DNA of 64,000 nt from Plasmodiophora brassicae. Its lineage: Eukaryota. Below, piece after piece: positions 11,380 through 23,331 of the stretch. The position numbers and the translations under genes are program-made. Under the pieces are notes generated by a model. It did not search any database, had not been told where the DNA came from, and worked only from the letters and a program-made list of their open reading frames with translations. The stretch spans positions 744,001-808,000 of the forward strand of contig CP145423.1 of the NCBI GenBank assembly GCA_036867785.1, read 5' to 3'. How positions within the stretch are numbered: position 1 is the stretch's first letter; the number at the start of each line of letters is the position of its first letter.

Positions 11380-12436
11380 ATGGCGGTCGACGTCGAAGCG
11401 ACGTCGCCGGCGCCACCTGGTGATCAGGTCGACGTCGTCGTCGCCGATCGGCGCCTGCTTCCGACGGCGCTGGCCTCGGGTACGGCGGGTCTGCTGGCGC
11501 GCATCCCGCTGCACCCGCTCGACACGATCAAGGCGCTGCAGCAGACGCACGGCGGCACCGTATGGGACCTGGCGCGTCGGACGCCGCTCTCCGTCCTGTG
11601 TCGGGGCCTGCCGCTAACGGCCTGCGGGTCCATCCCGGCCGGCGCCTTGTACTTCTGCACCTACGAGTACGCGAAGCGCTCGTTGCAGGAGCGGCAGCAG
11701 GTGCCGGCGGTGCCGGCCCATTTCCTCGCCGGCATGGCCGCCGAAACGGTCTCCTGCGTCCTGTGGCTGCCGATCGATGTCGTCAAGGAGCGCCGGCAGA
11801 CGGATCGCCTGGGGCGCTACCGATCCGACCTGGACGCCCTGCGGCAGGTCTGGGCGCGCGGTCCCGCCGCCCTGTACCGCGGGTACCTGGCCACGCTGGC
11901 CAGCTTCGGTACAGACGTCGCGTCATCGGCCCTGTCGCAGTCGGCGAGCACTGACCCGGGGCGTGCGTATAACGTACAGGGCCCTTCACGGGCGTATACT
12001 TCGCCTGCTACGAGGTCCTGCGCGCCCGTTTCGTCGCGTTGCCCGGGCAGGCGGCGCCGAACCCGGGCGCCGTGCTGGCCTGTGCGGCTGCCAGCGGGGC
12101 GACGGCCGCCGCCCTGACCAACCCGCTCGACATGGCCAAGCTGCGCATGCAGGTCGGCGACGACGTCGCGTACCGTCGCCAGTACCGGACGCTGGTGTCC
12201 GCCCTGCGCGCCATCGTGCGGCAGGACGGCCCGGGCGCCCTCCTGCGAGGCATCCCCGCCCGTATCGCATTGTAAGGCGGACGCCGGTCGATCTCCCCGC
12301 ATGCCTTGTATTCGCCCTGCCTGCATCTGACGCTCGCGTGTCTCTGCCCACGCGTTTGCACAGCCACGCGCCGGCGACCGCCCTCACCATGACGCTCTAC
12401 GAGCAGCTCGTCGTCGCGTACCATGCCCTGCTATGA
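11380..12436 (+). CDS. Mitochondrial carrier (SLC25) protein, SAM-carrier-like
   Basis: Three Px(D/E)xx(K/R) signatures: HPLDTIKA, LPIDVVKER and NPLDMAKLR. Two introns at about 11909-11979 and 12272-12363. Confidence 0.9.
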
Positions 12437-12525
12437 ATGTCGACGACGCCCGGAGGAGCACCTACACACGCAGGCGCCCGCCCACATCCCGTACTCATAT
12501 CGGCATATCAGTCGCAGACCGTGCG

Positions 12526-13178
12526 TATGGAATTGTTAAAAACAGAGAATGGCTGGTTGAGTGTAAAATACATGTATTTTACACGTAAAAAACATGTTTA
12601 AAACAGCAGGGGGCTGCGCCCCCCGCGCAGTACGCCTTCATACCATGGTCACGGTCCTGACAACCCGACCAGATTCGATGACCTCTTCGTCACCAACGGG
12701 GTACAAGTGTGTGTCCGAAATCGCCTCGGGAAGTGTGCCTGGCTCGGCAATGCCAACGAACCCTGCGAACTCCAGTCGAGTTGCGTCTTCGTCATCGGAA
12801 TCATCGTCTGGCTCTTCGTCAAATTTGACGAAGAGCCTTAGGCGAAGCAAGCGACCGGCCGGTTCAACGTGTGAAGGGAGTCATCTCGCGTATCTTTGTA
12901 CGGCGAGTCATCTGGGCACTTTAATGCGATCCCAGTTCCTTGTTCGACGTTGCATCCCGATAGTCGAGCGCGTAGCCGGGAGTGCACGTGGTTGCAGGGC
13001 TCGTGATTCCGCTCGCCCCCGACGACGACGACGCGCACGCGCAACGAAGGCTCTGGGACGGATCGGGAAACCCTTACGTTACCTGTATTTTACAGTGTAA
13101 AGTTGGTTCCTGGGTAGTGTATTTTACACGTAAAAAACAGGCTTGTAAAAAACACCCCTTCATTACAACAATTCCATA
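12526..13178. mobile_element. 653-bp non-autonomous hAT-type element
   Basis: Perfect 12-bp TIRs TATGGAATTGTT / AACAATTCCATA, and an exact 8-bp TSD ACCGTGCG at 12518-12525 and 13179-13186. Subterminal repeat TGTATTTTACACGTAAAAAACA occurs at both ends. A minus-strand remnant SGCNVE/RNW..LFVKFD resembles the hAT dimerisation domain. Confidence 0.92.
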
Positions 13179-13342
13179 ACCGTGCGCCTGGACCCGCGTT
13201 TATGTCAGTACATCGGCCGACTGTGCCCTGTGCCCATCATAGTGCAGGCCGCTGGCGCGCTGCCCCCCTCCCCCCTCGCAACAGATATGGCGCGCAGGTC
13301 GACCTTCTGGAATCTTCCACAGGATCGGCCGGCGTCGCGTCG

Positions 13343-15016
13343 ATGGCGGGTTCGGATCGCGCGGCCATGCCGGATGCGGCGGCGGCGGCGGCGTCACCGT
13401 CGGACCACTGGGCGCCGGTGCCCGCCTCCGCCCAGGCGCAGCGCACGTACAACCCGATCCGAGCAGGCAGGTGACACGTCCTAGGTCGGCGTTCGCTGCG
13501 GGTACTGACGTCGTTGTCCCCTGGGCGCCTCTCCCCACGTAGTCGTCGACAAGCTCCGGGTCGATGGCAACCCGGACCTGCCCCTCATCCCGCTGTCCAT
13601 TGGTACGCCGCGTCCCGGCCGCCGCACCGCCTTGCTGATTCGGCGATGTGTACAGGCGACCCGAGCACGTTCGGGAACCTGCCCCCGTCGCCGGTCGCCT
13701 GCGAATCGCTGCGCGCCGTCCTGGATGCTGGCCGGCATCACGGGTACCCTCCGTCGATTGGGTACGCCGATGCCCGTGCGGCCGTCGCTTCCTGGCACAA
13801 CACGCCTGAATCACCACTGACCGCCAACGATGTCGTCCTGGCATCCGGTACGTAGAGCACCGACCACCAAAGTGGGCCCGTGTATATATAACGCGGGCGG
13901 CAGGCGGAAGCGGTGCCATCGACCTGTGCATGACGGCGCTGCTGAACCCGGGCGACTCCCTGCTGATCCCGCAACCCGGGTTCTCATTGTACACCACACT
14001 GGCCCTGTCGTACGGGTACGTGCCCAGGTACTACGACCTGCGACCCGACCAGCACTGGCAGGCCGACCTCGACCACGCTGCCTCGCTGGTCGACGCAACG
14101 ACGCGCGTCCTGATCGGTACGGATACAACCGCCGCCTGGCGCCGCATGCAACGCGCGCGTCTGACGTGCCGCCTGCAGTGAACAACCCGTCGAACCCGTG
14201 CGGGACGGTGTACTCGCGCGACCACCTCGTCGAGTTGCTCGAGTTCGCCCAACGACATCGCCTCGTGGTCATTGCCGACGAGATCTACGGACGGATCGTG
14301 TTCGGAACCGGCGCCCAGGTCCGCTCATCGATACAGCGTTTGATTGCCCCGTCGCGGTCTGACGGTCCATTGTTGTGTGAGGTGTCCAGTTCCATCCGAT
14401 GGGCCCACTGTCGCGATACACGCCGGTCCTGACCGTCGGCGGCCTGGCCAAGGAGTTCCTGGTCCCTGGTTGGCGCCTCGGCTGGATCCTGATTCACGAT
14501 CGGCATCAGCAGCTGCGGCACATACGACCGGCCATCACGCAGCTGTCGCAGATGATCCTCGGGCCCAACTCGCTCGTGCAGGCCGCCCTGCCCGCCCTCT
14601 TCGGCAGCGTCCCCGACGCGTACTTTGCCGACCTGTGCCGCGTCCTTCGCGACAATGCGGAGCGGTGCGTCCGGCACATTGACCGTATCGAGGGCCTGTC
14701 CTGTGTCGCACCGCAGGGTGCCATGTACCTCATGGTCCGTCCGTACCTGTGCTATGCCTCTCAACTGGCGGCAACACGCCTGACTGTCGCACAGGTTCGC
14801 ATCGACCTCGGCGCGTTCGCCGGGTTCCAGAACGACATGGATTTCAGCCAGGCCCTGCTGACGGAGCAGTCCGTCTTTGTCCTGCCGGGGACGGCGTTCC
14901 GCGCGCCCGGCTTCTTCCGCATCGTGTACTGCGCGCCGGGCCCGGCCCTCGACGAGGCCTTCGACAGGATACGCGCGTTCTGCCGCCGGCACCACCGGGG
15001 GGCGACGACCACCTGA
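13343..15016 (+). CDS. TAT: Tyrosine aminotransferase (class I PLP aminotransferase), multi-exon
   Basis: Motifs NPIR, IPLSI/GDPSTFGNL, NNPSNPCGTVYS, IADEIYG, GGLAKEFLVPGWRLGW and PQGAMYLM. Confidence 0.93.
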
Positions 15017-15233
15017 ATATGCGCCCCGCCGACCCATGGGCCGCAATGGCAACACGTCTGACTAAACTGTTTGCCCCCCGCATTGGATGTGGCCCTCCTC
15101 GTGCGTGGCCGAGTGCAGCAGTGGCTGGCTGGCAGTGGCGTCTGGCGCGGCTCTGGGGCGGCCCGCGGGCGCCGGGCGCAGCTCGCGGACTGCGCCGCTA
15201 GTCAAGGGGCGGCAACCGTTAACCGCCGTCGTC

Positions 15234-16002
15234 ATGACCGACACCGACCGTGCCTGCCTGGGCCAGACGATCCAGTACTGTGGCGCCTGCACGATGCCGC
15301 TCGAGGTGTACTATCCCGTGACCTGCCCGCAGTGGCCCCGTTTGCCTGCCGTCTGACACGGATCTCTGCCATTGGTCAGTACTGCGAGTTCAGCCCGACG
15401 TTAGAGACGAAATGCAGGGCGTGGCGCGCCGCCCATCGCACGGACGCCCTGTCCGACGGCGTACAAGACCTGGCCATCGCCGACCGGTCTGAACCCGCCA
15501 CCGACAAACCGCCCGCGTCCGCGGGTTCAGCGTCGGCGGCGCCTGCCGAGAAGCGCCCAGGTAAGGAGTCGAGCGCCGCCCCAGGCGTGTTGTCGTCCAT
15601 TCGACCGTCAGACGACGACGCTGACGTTGTACCTGCTGCGTGATCGTAGCCGACAAGGCGCAGGGCACCCGCGTCCTGGTGTCGCGCCTGGTCCGCAAGA
15701 ACAAGACGGTGACGGTGGTGCAGAACGTCGCCGACGAGAAGAAGGTCGCCAAGGCCCTGGCATCCCGATTCGCCTGCGGCGCGTCGATCCTCAAAGGCCC
15801 GCCGCCGGGCATCTACATCCAGGGCGACGTCGTCGACGACGTCCCACAGTACGTCCATCTGTGGGGCCAGCCGCATCCAGCGCGCGCCTGCTAACCGTCC
15901 TGCTGTGTCACGCACAGGTTCCTTGTCGACAAGTTCAACCTGGCCGAGGACGCGGTGCTCTTCTTCGACCCGAAGAAGAATAAAACATCGCCCGCGTTCT
16001 AG
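15234..16002 (+). CDS. DENR: Density-regulated protein / Tma22 (SUI1 domain)
   Basis: N-terminal YCGACTMPLE/YCEF zinc motif and C-terminal RKNKTVTVV..FACGASI..IYIQGD. Three short introns. Confidence 0.88.
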
Positions 16003-16105
16003 GCGCGCACGTGCACGTCTGTCTGCCGCTATACCTCATGCGTCGTGTGTGTGTGCGTGTATCGGGCGCGCTACCGCCGTCGTGCTGTATATGGACTGCC
16101 CCCCG

Positions 16106-16798
16106 TCAGTCCTCGTCGCTGCTAATCTCGTCGAGCGGGTTCCCGGATCGCTTCTTCATGACCCTGTAGAACTCGTCGGGCGAGATCTGATCGTCGTTGT
16201 CGCGATCGGCCTCGTCAATCATCTCCTGGATCTCTTCGTCTGTCCTACGGGCACGAACGCACAGAGGTCAGGGGCGACGTCGGGCCGTCGTTTGCACATC
16301 GCGCCCGGCGCCGTACAGTTTCTCGCCGAGCTCCTGGCAGACGCGTTTCAGGTTGCGGAACGTGATGAAGCCGGTGTTGTCCGCGTCGAACAGCTGGAAC
16401 ACCTTCATGACCTCCTCCTTCGTGTCGCGCTGGCTCTACGAACCGCGTCGAGTCACGATGGCGTCGTCGCGGTGCCCCGAGCGGCGCGGGCCACGTACCA
16501 TCTTGCCGGTCATCAAGCGGACGAACTCGTTGAACTCGATCTCGCCGCTGCCGTCGGAGTCGACCTCGCTGAGCATGCGCCTGATCTCGTCCTTCTTGAC
16601 GTCGAAGCCGAGCGCCCGCATGGCCGCCTGCAACTCCTTCGCGTCGATCGTCCCGGAGTGGTCCGTGTCGAACAGGCTGAAGGCCTCCTTGATCTCGACG
16701 AGCTGGTCCTCGGTCAGGTTGTGCTGCTCGCTCCCCTTCGCCGCCCGGTTGCCGAGGCCGACATTCACGGACGATGACGTCGGCGCCGCCGCTGCCAT
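16106..16798 (-). CDS. Centrin (EF-hand protein)
   Basis: [31 protein letters not shown] with four EF-hands and C-terminus [22 protein letters not shown]. Two introns. Confidence 0.93.
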
Positions 16799-16911
16799 GG
16801 ACGAACCGGCCGGCCGCTGACTGTCTGCCGCCGTTGCCAGAGTCGTCGTCGACGGGGGAGGGGAGGTCGCGCGCACACCACCCCCCACATCATCATCGTC
16901 TACCCTAGCGC

Positions 16912-17702
16912 CTACCTACCCACCAACCTACGGTACACGTATGGGCAATCGCCGTCTGTACGAGGGACAAGGCGTTCCAGGTCGGGGTCGACGCGGACGC
17001 GATAGTCGGCGTAGTCGAACGATGCGGCGACGGCGTCGACGAGGTCCTGCTGGACGGCATGCAGGTCGACGGGGGCGCCCACCTCCCTGGCGATGCTGGT
17101 GACGGAGAGGCCCTCGCCGGGCGGTATGCCGCACGGGACGATCCGGCTGAAGTGCTGCAGGTCGGGGTCAACGTTCACCGACAGGCCGTGCATGGTCCGC
17201 CAGCGCGAGCAGCTGATGCCGACGGCGGCCACCTTGCGCGTGCCGACCCAGACGCCCGGGTACTGGTCATGGCGGTCGCCCTCGACGCCGTACCGTCGCA
17301 GGACGTCGATCACGAGTTGCTGTCGTGTGCGCGCGCGCGCGTGTCCCGATCAGCAGGGCGGGTGCGCGCGCCGGCGATCGTACGTACCTCCAGGGTGCGC
17401 ACGTACCATCGCAGGTCCAGGCGGTGGCGGTGCAGGTCGACCAGCGGGTAGACGACAACCTGCCCGGGGCAGTGACAGGTGACCTGGCCGCCGCGTTCGA
17501 CGCGGACGACGTCGATGTGACGCAGGTGGTCGGGCGGCGTGCGACGCCCGGCCGTGTACACCAGCGGGTGCTGGCACACGATGATCGTGTCCCGGTCCGC
17601 CTGTGGCGCCGCCGCCAGCACCGCCCGCTGCCAGCGCCACGCGTCCGCATACGCCAGCAGGCGCCGCCGGAACACGTAGACCGTCGCCGCGCGCGACACC
17701 AT
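16912..17702 (-). CDS. lipB: Octanoyltransferase LipB/LIPT2
   Basis: [43 protein letters not shown] and IVPCG. One intron at about 17333-17387. Confidence 0.93.
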
Positions 17703-18091
17703 GGCACGCGTCGTCGTCGTCGTCGTCGTTCGTCGCCGGCGGATTTTGTTGCACCTCGCGGACCTGGGCCTGGATACGCGTCCCCCTTCGGATCGATCGT
17801 GCGCGTCGCGCCCTGCAGACGCTGCAGCGCATTACTCCCCGTCACCCTGTCGGCGCAGCAACAAGCCGCCCATCGACGCTGCTCACGTCCGGGGGCGCAC
17901 CTGTCCCCGACCGACGCCGAGGCCCGTGCCCCCCACACCCGACCTCCTCTTGGCCCTCATCCACATACACGCGCCGGCACCGTTGTACTCAGCACATCAT
18001 CTGGGTAGGCGGGCGCACCGCGTGCCTGTGTTCCATGATGGGTACAATCGGCAGTAGATAGGTTGGGCTTTAGGGGTCGTATCAGGCGTGG

Positions 18092-19573
18092 TCACCGATC
18101 CAGGGTCGCCGACCGGAGGACATCGTACGTGTAGATGGACGACCTGTGCCCGTCGCTCCAGTGCACGGCGACGGCGTAGTTGCCCATCTCGACGGTGCCG
18201 ACCGCGCGGACGTCGTCGGGTGCGGCGGGCCCGATCCGCTCGCCCGTCATCTCGTGCAGGCACAGCGCGCACCGGCACCGCCGACGCAGGTCCCCGGCCC
18301 GGATCACGCTGCCGTCGACGCGAACGTCGCCCTGCCCGTCGATCGTCACGGCCGGCTTCGCGTCCCCGTCCAGCAGGCGCGCCTCGACGCGCTCGTGGAC
18401 GTCGCGGCAGAATTGCATCAGGTCGTCCCGCACCGCCTTCGTCGACGCGTCGCTCGACAGGGCGAACGGCGTACCCTGGTCGGCGCCGGCGGCGATGTCG
18501 GGGACGATCGGGATGTCGACGGTGAGCGGGATCCCGTACCGGTCGAGGCGAGCGGCGTGCTGCGCGCCCCCGCCGAACACGTCGTGCCGGGCCTGGCAGT
18601 GGCCGCAGACAAAGTAGGCCATGTTGTTGACGGCGCCGACGGTCGGCACGGCCAGCGCGTCGAACATGGCGAGGCCCTTGCGCGCGTCGACATGCGCCAG
18701 CACCTGCGGGGTCGTCACGACAATGTTCGCCGTCAGCGACGTCGCCTGCATCAGCGCCAGGTGGATGTCGCCCGTGCCCGGCGGCAGGTCGACGACCAGG
18801 TAGTCCAGGTCGCCCCAGGCCGTCCCGAGCGCCATCTGCTGGACGACCTGGGACGCGAGCGGCCCGCGCATGACGGCCGCCTCGTGGCGGGTCGGCGACA
18901 GGAACCCGTACGACATGAGGCGCAGGCCGAATTGCTCGGCGGGGACGGCGCCGCGCCCGTCGGGCGTCCGCTGCACGCGACGATCCACGTCGCCAATCAT
19001 GGTCGGCAACGACGGGCCCTGCAGGTCGGCGTCCAGCAAGCCGACCTTCATGCCGAGCGCCGACAGGCTGCACGCCAGCGCCAGCGACACGGTCGACTTG
19101 CCCACGCCGCCCTGAACGTACGCGTCCGTCGGTCATCATTGACGAAACCGGGGGGACGCATCACACGACACGGCGACCTTGCAGGACGACACGCCCAGGA
19201 TCGAGCGGACGTCGGCGAGGCCGGCGCGTCGCTCCGGGCGCCCTGGCTGCTGCTGCTGCTGCTGCGGGGCGACGGGCGGCGCCATGCGAACGTGCACGTC
19301 CTGGACGCCCTCGACATTCGCCAGGGCGGACAGGACCTGGCGGCGCACGGCGCGGTAGTGCCGGTCCGGGTCCAGCTCGACGACGACGGCGGACGCGCGC
19401 TGGGCCACGCCGCGGACAACGCCGGCGTACACGATATCGGCGTCCTGCTCCGGGTGCCGCACGCCCTGCAGCGCCGACCAGCAGCGCGCCTCTAGCTGCG
19501 TCCGCGTCGGCGCACCCGACGACAGCAGGCGACGATGACGGCGACGAACCGCCTTGGCCAACCGGCGGCGCAT
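18092..19573 (-). CDS. HCF101: HCF101-type Fe-S scaffold (DUF59 + Mrp/NBP35 P-loop + DUF971-like), with probable mitochondrial presequence
   Basis: N-terminal VRHPEQDADIVYAGVV domain, SCK/GGVGKST, DYLVVDLPPGTGDIHL, and C-terminal LRRRCRCALC..GNYAVAVHWSDGH. The leader MRRRLAKAVRRRHRRLLSS is Arg-rich. Confidence 0.88.
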
Positions 19574-19971
19574 CGCGCGCAAATGCCCCACCGCTTGCGA
19601 AGGCACCGCCCCCTCCGAACTAAAAATATGTTACGCGCCACCCCACGCGCACACACCGCATGCGACATGGACAAGCGGCACGCCACTGTGAACTGCAGCC
19701 TCGGACACGACAGGGGGCGCGCGACAGGCGTTACACGCCGTGCACGACGCAGCGCTGACGCTGCGTCGTGCACGGTTGCGCGCCCCCATTCGGCAAAACG
19801 ACGGGTTTCGGGTGGGTGGCGCTGTTGCGGGTGGTCGCGCGCGCCGCTGCCCCGTCTCCGCGTGGTGGTGGTGGTGGTGGTGCGCCGGCTGCAGCGGCAG
19901 GGGGACCCCGGGGGGCCCGCTAGCCACGTCGTCGCCGCCCCCGCCGCTGTCGTCGTCGTCGTCGTCCTGCA

Positions 19972-21909
19972 ATGGACGATGGCGGCGGTGTAGGTGCCGC
20001 GGAGGCGTTGCGCCAGCGCATCTGGGCCGACAAGCGCCGGCAGGTCGTTGCGCGGCTCGCCGCCCAGGGCATACACGTCGACGAGGACGACCCGCTGCTG
20101 GCCATGCCGGATCACGACGACGACGACGACGACGTGAGCCCGCGGCCGGACCCTGCACCCGGCGCCGACCCCGCCGCCCCGATGCGGCCGCCGCCGGTCG
20201 CCGTCGTCACCAGGTCGATCGCATCGCTCGGTCTGGACCCGGATGCGGAAGCGCGTCACCGCCGTCAGATGCAACGGGACATGCAGGTCGCGTTGCAGCA
20301 GCAGATCGAACAGAAGCGCATGCAGAACCAGCGGCATCGGCGCGGCGGCGACGCCACTGCGACGCCGGCGGCGCGATCGCCGTCGTTGCGATCGCTGGCC
20401 GCGGGGCTCAGCCCGGACCCCGACGAGCAGCGCCAGCGTCGCCGTCAGATGCAGGAGGACCTGCAGACGGCGTTGCAGGGGCAGATCCATCAGCGGCACC
20501 CAGGACGGCGCCCGGAACCCGACGCGGGCTGGACGGCCACCAGCCTGCTGCTCGGCCAGCACCCGACATCGCCTGGCGACGTCCGACAACGCCAACGGCA
20601 GTACGCCGAGGAACTCGACCAGCAGATCCGGTCGTCGTCGTCGTCGAGGTCGTCCGGGTGTCGCCCCCGGCCAGTCGTGACAACGCCCGACGCGGACGCA
20701 CCGACGACAAGCCTGCCGCTCGGGCGCCATCAGGAATCGCCTGTCGATGCCCGCCAACGCCAACGCCAGTATGCCGAGTTCCTGGCGCAGCAGATGAAGG
20801 AGCGCGCCGAACGCCAACAGGTGACGTCGGCGGCGCCTGACTACTCGTGCCCCCCGCGCACGTCACTGAACATGTCGCCCATCGCTTAGGCCACGCGACA
20901 GGCGGAAGAGGAATTCCTCATGCGGCACCTGGCACAGGCGTCCGAGCCTGCAGCGACCTCGCCGGCGCGGTCTGCATCGTCGCCGCCGCCGCCGCCGGCG
21001 AATGGTCCCCGGCGGCGTGGTGGTGGCGGGGAGCCCGTTCGCGACGACGAGGGCGCACAGCGAACGACGCCACAGGAGGCGCGACGCTTGCATGGCCGGG
21101 AGCTGGCCAGGCAGATCGAGGAGAAACGTGCGCGAGACGCCGAGCGGGCCGCCCGCGAACAGCAGCAAGAGGTCGCTGATCGGCAGCGGGTCCTGCGGGA
21201 GCTCGGCCAGATCAACAGCAACAACGGGCAGCAGCAGCAGCAGCAGCAGGAGCAGCAGCAGCCACGTGAGGTGGACAGTCGCGCCGAATCGGTACAACGC
21301 ACGCCGAGCGTGCTTCCACGATCGGTGTCGCCGGCGGCGCGCGGTGACGCCGCCGGTGTCGTCGATTGGCAGGAGACGGAGGAATCCGTGCTGGGCCCGC
21401 TTCAATCGCTCCGCGAATCGATGACGAGGAACAGCGCCGAGTTCCAGCATCGCATCGCCAAGGAGCATGAACGCATCACCGCCCTGTCCCGGACGTCGCA
21501 GTCGCCGTCGATCGGCAAGCAGCGAAGTTTGTGGCTGCCCGTGCCCGACGAACTCGCCAGCGCCACGAGCCGATTCGTCCCGTTCACAGCGACGTCGACA
21601 GGCGCCGCGCCCGCACCACCGCGTCCGCTGTCCGACGCGGACACGCTGGACCAGTTCCTCAACGAGGACCGCAGTCGAGCCGAGGGCGTCCAGCCCGTCG
21701 TCACGACGCCAAGGGCGACGACGCGCTCCAAGTGGGGCCAAGTGGTGGCGCCGGCGTCGATGTGCGAACCGGGCCGGCGCCCCCTAACGCCCAGCGAGGC
21801 CCTGCTGCGGCATCGTCCCGCGTCCAGGGACGGCCGACCCGCGCCTGACAACGACGACGACGCTCTGGACCTGCACCTACGCTCGAACCCGTCATATACG
21901 ATTCAGTGA
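19972..21909 (+). CDS. Coiled-coil repeat protein, CCDC66/CSPP1-like
   Basis: Intron 20821-20889 (GT..TAG) joins two ORFs in frame. Repeated helices ..QYAEELDQQI, ..ALQQQIEQKR and ..ELARQIEEKR. The family call is inference. Confidence 0.65.
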
Positions 21910-21995
21910 CGGGGCGTATATTCGGTTCGCCAGAGCGCCGCCGCGCATGCATCCACCAATGCCGGTACCGCGCGTGCGAACAGGGAAGCGAGGCA

Positions 21996-23228
21996 CTACA
22001 TGGCGTTTAACGCAGATGGCGTCGTCGGTGCGGTGATCTCGTTCAGGGACGTCTGGATGTCGATGGTCAGGTTGTGGTCGGCGCCGACGTGCACCTCGTA
22101 GATGCGCAGGGCGGTCTCGTACAGGTGCGCGGCCTTCTCGACGTGCCCGGTCAGGTGACACAGGACGCCGAGCACGTACGACACCTCGCCGACGGCAATG
22201 TGCTGGTTGCCCAGGAACTCGATCCTCGTGTCAATGATGGATCGCAGCACGTCCGCGGCATCGCCAATCTCGGCGTCGTCCAGCACGTCCGTGATCGACG
22301 AGACCGGGTGCCCTTCCGACGCCTTATCCTACGCACAGACAGCCTGAGGGCCATGCGGCGATGCGATGCGCCCAGGCCGCACACGAACCCGGGCGCCTGC
22401 AATCGTGGAGCGTAGGCCCGTCAGGAACTTGTACCATATATCGACGACCTTGTCCAAGAACGCCAGGCACTTCTCGATCTCGTCCTTCTTCAGGAACGCC
22501 ATCCCCATCTGGAAGTACCCGCCCGCCGTCTTGTAGTGCTCTGGGCCATGCGACACCGACGAGTAGTAGACCTGGACGGCGGCACATCTCAGTCGCCGCC
22601 ACGGCCCCGGTGGGAACGCCCACCGACGTACGTCATGTGCCAGCTGCTCCAGAGCGTCATTGTAGCGCCCCTGTGCCAGGTAGATCCTGCCGAACAGGCG
22701 CCGCAGCGGGGACCGCAGGTGGGCGCTGCTGTCCGGGTTCTTGTAGATGGCCCAGTTGGCCATCTGCAGGAACTCTTCCGCCTGCTGGAACCGGCGCAGG
22801 CCCATGTTGGCCTCGGCCAGCAGCAGGTACGACGGCACGAGCGACAGGTGCCCCTTGCCGAACACGTCAATGGCGACCTTCAGCGACTGTAGCGCGGCGG
22901 GGATGGCCAGCTCGGCCTGGCCCTGGACGAGCAGCTTCGACGCCTCGGCACGCGTCAGCTCAATCAGGGCATGCCGGTTCATGGTCAGGGTCAGCTGGCG
23001 GCGCCGTCGCTCGTCCTCATTGTTGAGCGCCTCCGGCGGGTTCCGGATCGGCGCCATGATCGAGCAGATGCGCTCGTGGATGCCGTTCCAGTCCAGCGAC
23101 TGGTGCTGCTTCGAGCAGTAGTACGTCACCCGACAGTGGGCACAGGCCAGGCTCGCCGCCTGCCCGCACATCTCGCATTGGTACTTGACACCGCGCGCGC
23201 ACGACAGCGGGTTCAGGCGCAGCGACAT
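21996..23228 (-). CDS. ZMYND12: MYND zinc finger + TPR ciliary protein
   Basis: CEMCGQAASLACAHCRVTYYCSKQHQSLDWNGIHERIC, AIPAALQSL, LVPSYLLLAEANMGL and TAGGYFQMG. Confidence 0.88.
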
Positions 23229-23331
23229 GATGACGCGCCACCGCTTTAACACGGCGATCGCGCGACGGTACCAGCCTTGGACGCACGGATCGATCTATGT
23301 AAGCGGACCCGGTCAGTAACAGGCATTTGTA

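Noticed and set aside
11380-19573. Functional mitochondrial gene cluster (carrier, LipB, HCF101)
   Set aside because: The genes are interspersed with unrelated ones, and this density is plausible by chance in a compact genome.
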